Origin: Felis catus
Lineage: Eukaryota
DNA: 64,000 bases
Assembly (NCBI RefSeq): GCF_018350175.1
Contig: NC_058368.1
Location: 48,548,001 to 48,612,000 of the forward strand
Direction: 5' to 3'
Shown here: piece after piece, positions 63,106-64,000 of the stretch
Numbering within the stretch: position 1 is the first letter of the stretch
Layout: each line of letters starts with the position of its first letter
Translations under genes and position numbers: made by a program
Notes under the pieces: model-generated
Seen by the model: the letters and a program-made list of their open reading frames with translations, nothing else
What the model was told of the DNA's origin: nothing
Database searches by the model: none

Positions 63106-63286
63106 ATTTCGGCTCAGGTCATGATCTCACAGTCATGAGATCGAGCCCCTCGTCAGGTTCCTCACTGGGCATGAAGCCTGCTTAAAATTCTGTCTACCCC
63201 CTCCCTCATAAATAAATAAATAAATGAATGAATGAATGAATGAATGAATGAACGAACGAACGAACGAACGAACGAACGAACGAACG
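63106..63286 (+). mobile_element. 5'-truncated CanSINE with (TAAA)4(TGAA)7(CGAA)8 tail
   Basis: atttcggctcaggtcatgatctcacagtcatgagatcgagcccc followed by a graded tetranucleotide array. Confidence 0.9.
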
Positions 63287-63829
63287 TACAAGTCTACAAG
63301 ACATAAGCTATGAACTGGAATAAATGAATACTGGTTGAAAGAGGTTGGGTTCTAACTTTGAATTGGTGAACTTAGAAATTTAGCCAAATTTCTCCCTCCT
63401 AGGGGCTCCAAACCTGCTATAGGAATACAATGGATAACTAATGTGTCAACTGTAACTTAGCAAGCCACTTAGCTTTACTATATGGCACTCTGAAGAGAAA
63501 TTCTTAGGGGATCGAAAGGGGACAACAGAGTGAAGTATTTTCACTATTGCTAAAGCTGAGCCTATGGACACACCAGTAGTGACCAATCTGGAGGTGGCCT
63601 TGGAGAATCCTGAAGGTGGGCAGGGAGTATTTCTGTTCTAAGCACAGTTCCATAAAGCACCGCAGTATAACGCAGTCTATCTGGACTGTAAACAATTTCT
63701 TTCCCTACAGTTTTACCACAGCCAGAAATGAAAGCTCAGAAATCAATCTGCCACTTTGTCTTGTATAATTTAAAGAAGTGTATTATTTACAATAGTGCCT
63801 CCACAGTAAAACTATAATCCACAAATCAG

Positions 63830-64000
63830 GTATGTGCCAGGAGATGCAGCAGGTGCTTTACACACATTATCTTAGGTGATCCTCACTGTGAAGAAAGGAT
63901 ATTAACCTCCACTTTTCACGTGAAGAAATGAAGTTTCATGGTTATCAACCTGCACATCCGGCATCTGAACACACTTGTGTCTGATCCCAAAGTCCACACT
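63830..64000 (-). mobile_element. MIR
   Basis: tatgtgccagg...ggtgctttacacacattatc...cacttttcacgtgaagaaatgaagtttca. Confidence 0.65.

Larger units (their letters stand above)
47240..64000 (-). other. KLF12: KLF12 intron 1 (3' portion)
   Basis: Lies upstream of the exon 2 acceptor. No CpG island or promoter-like region in the window. Confidence 0.8.

Noticed and set aside
1..64000. CRISPR arrays, operons, endogenous viral coding genes, NUMTs, processed mRNA pseudogenes
   Set aside because: None recognised on reading. Direct repeats present are TSDs or microsatellites. Highly decayed copies could be missed without a BLAST or Dfam search.

Overview
This is mammalian genomic DNA from a carnivore, almost certainly a felid: it carries about 22 CanSINEs, several of the young cat-type subfamily. 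The window lies inside KLF12 (Kruppel-like factor 12 / AP-2rep), which is transcribed on the minus strand. Only one exon is recognisable, the 64-nt first coding exon at 47176-47239, which encodes MNTHMKRKTIK. About 47 kb of the downstream intron (1-47175) and 17 kb of the upstream intron (47240-64000) make up the rest. The introns contain L1 (carnivore L1, L1MA/MC/ME), HAL1, L2, MIR, MaLR/ERVL LTRs, hAT MITEs (MER20, MER63-like), microsatellites and a 33-nt tailless U2 snRNA retrocopy. No ORF in the supplied track appears to be a real gene; the true CDS piece is too short to be listed. I found no novel multi-gene system. The best leads are the uAUG cluster over the KLF12 start codon, a candidate recursive splice site in the upstream intron, and the internally primed U2 retrocopy. 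Repeat family names and the gene assignment come from recalled consensus and protein sequences, not database searches. Boundaries of old repeats are approximate.
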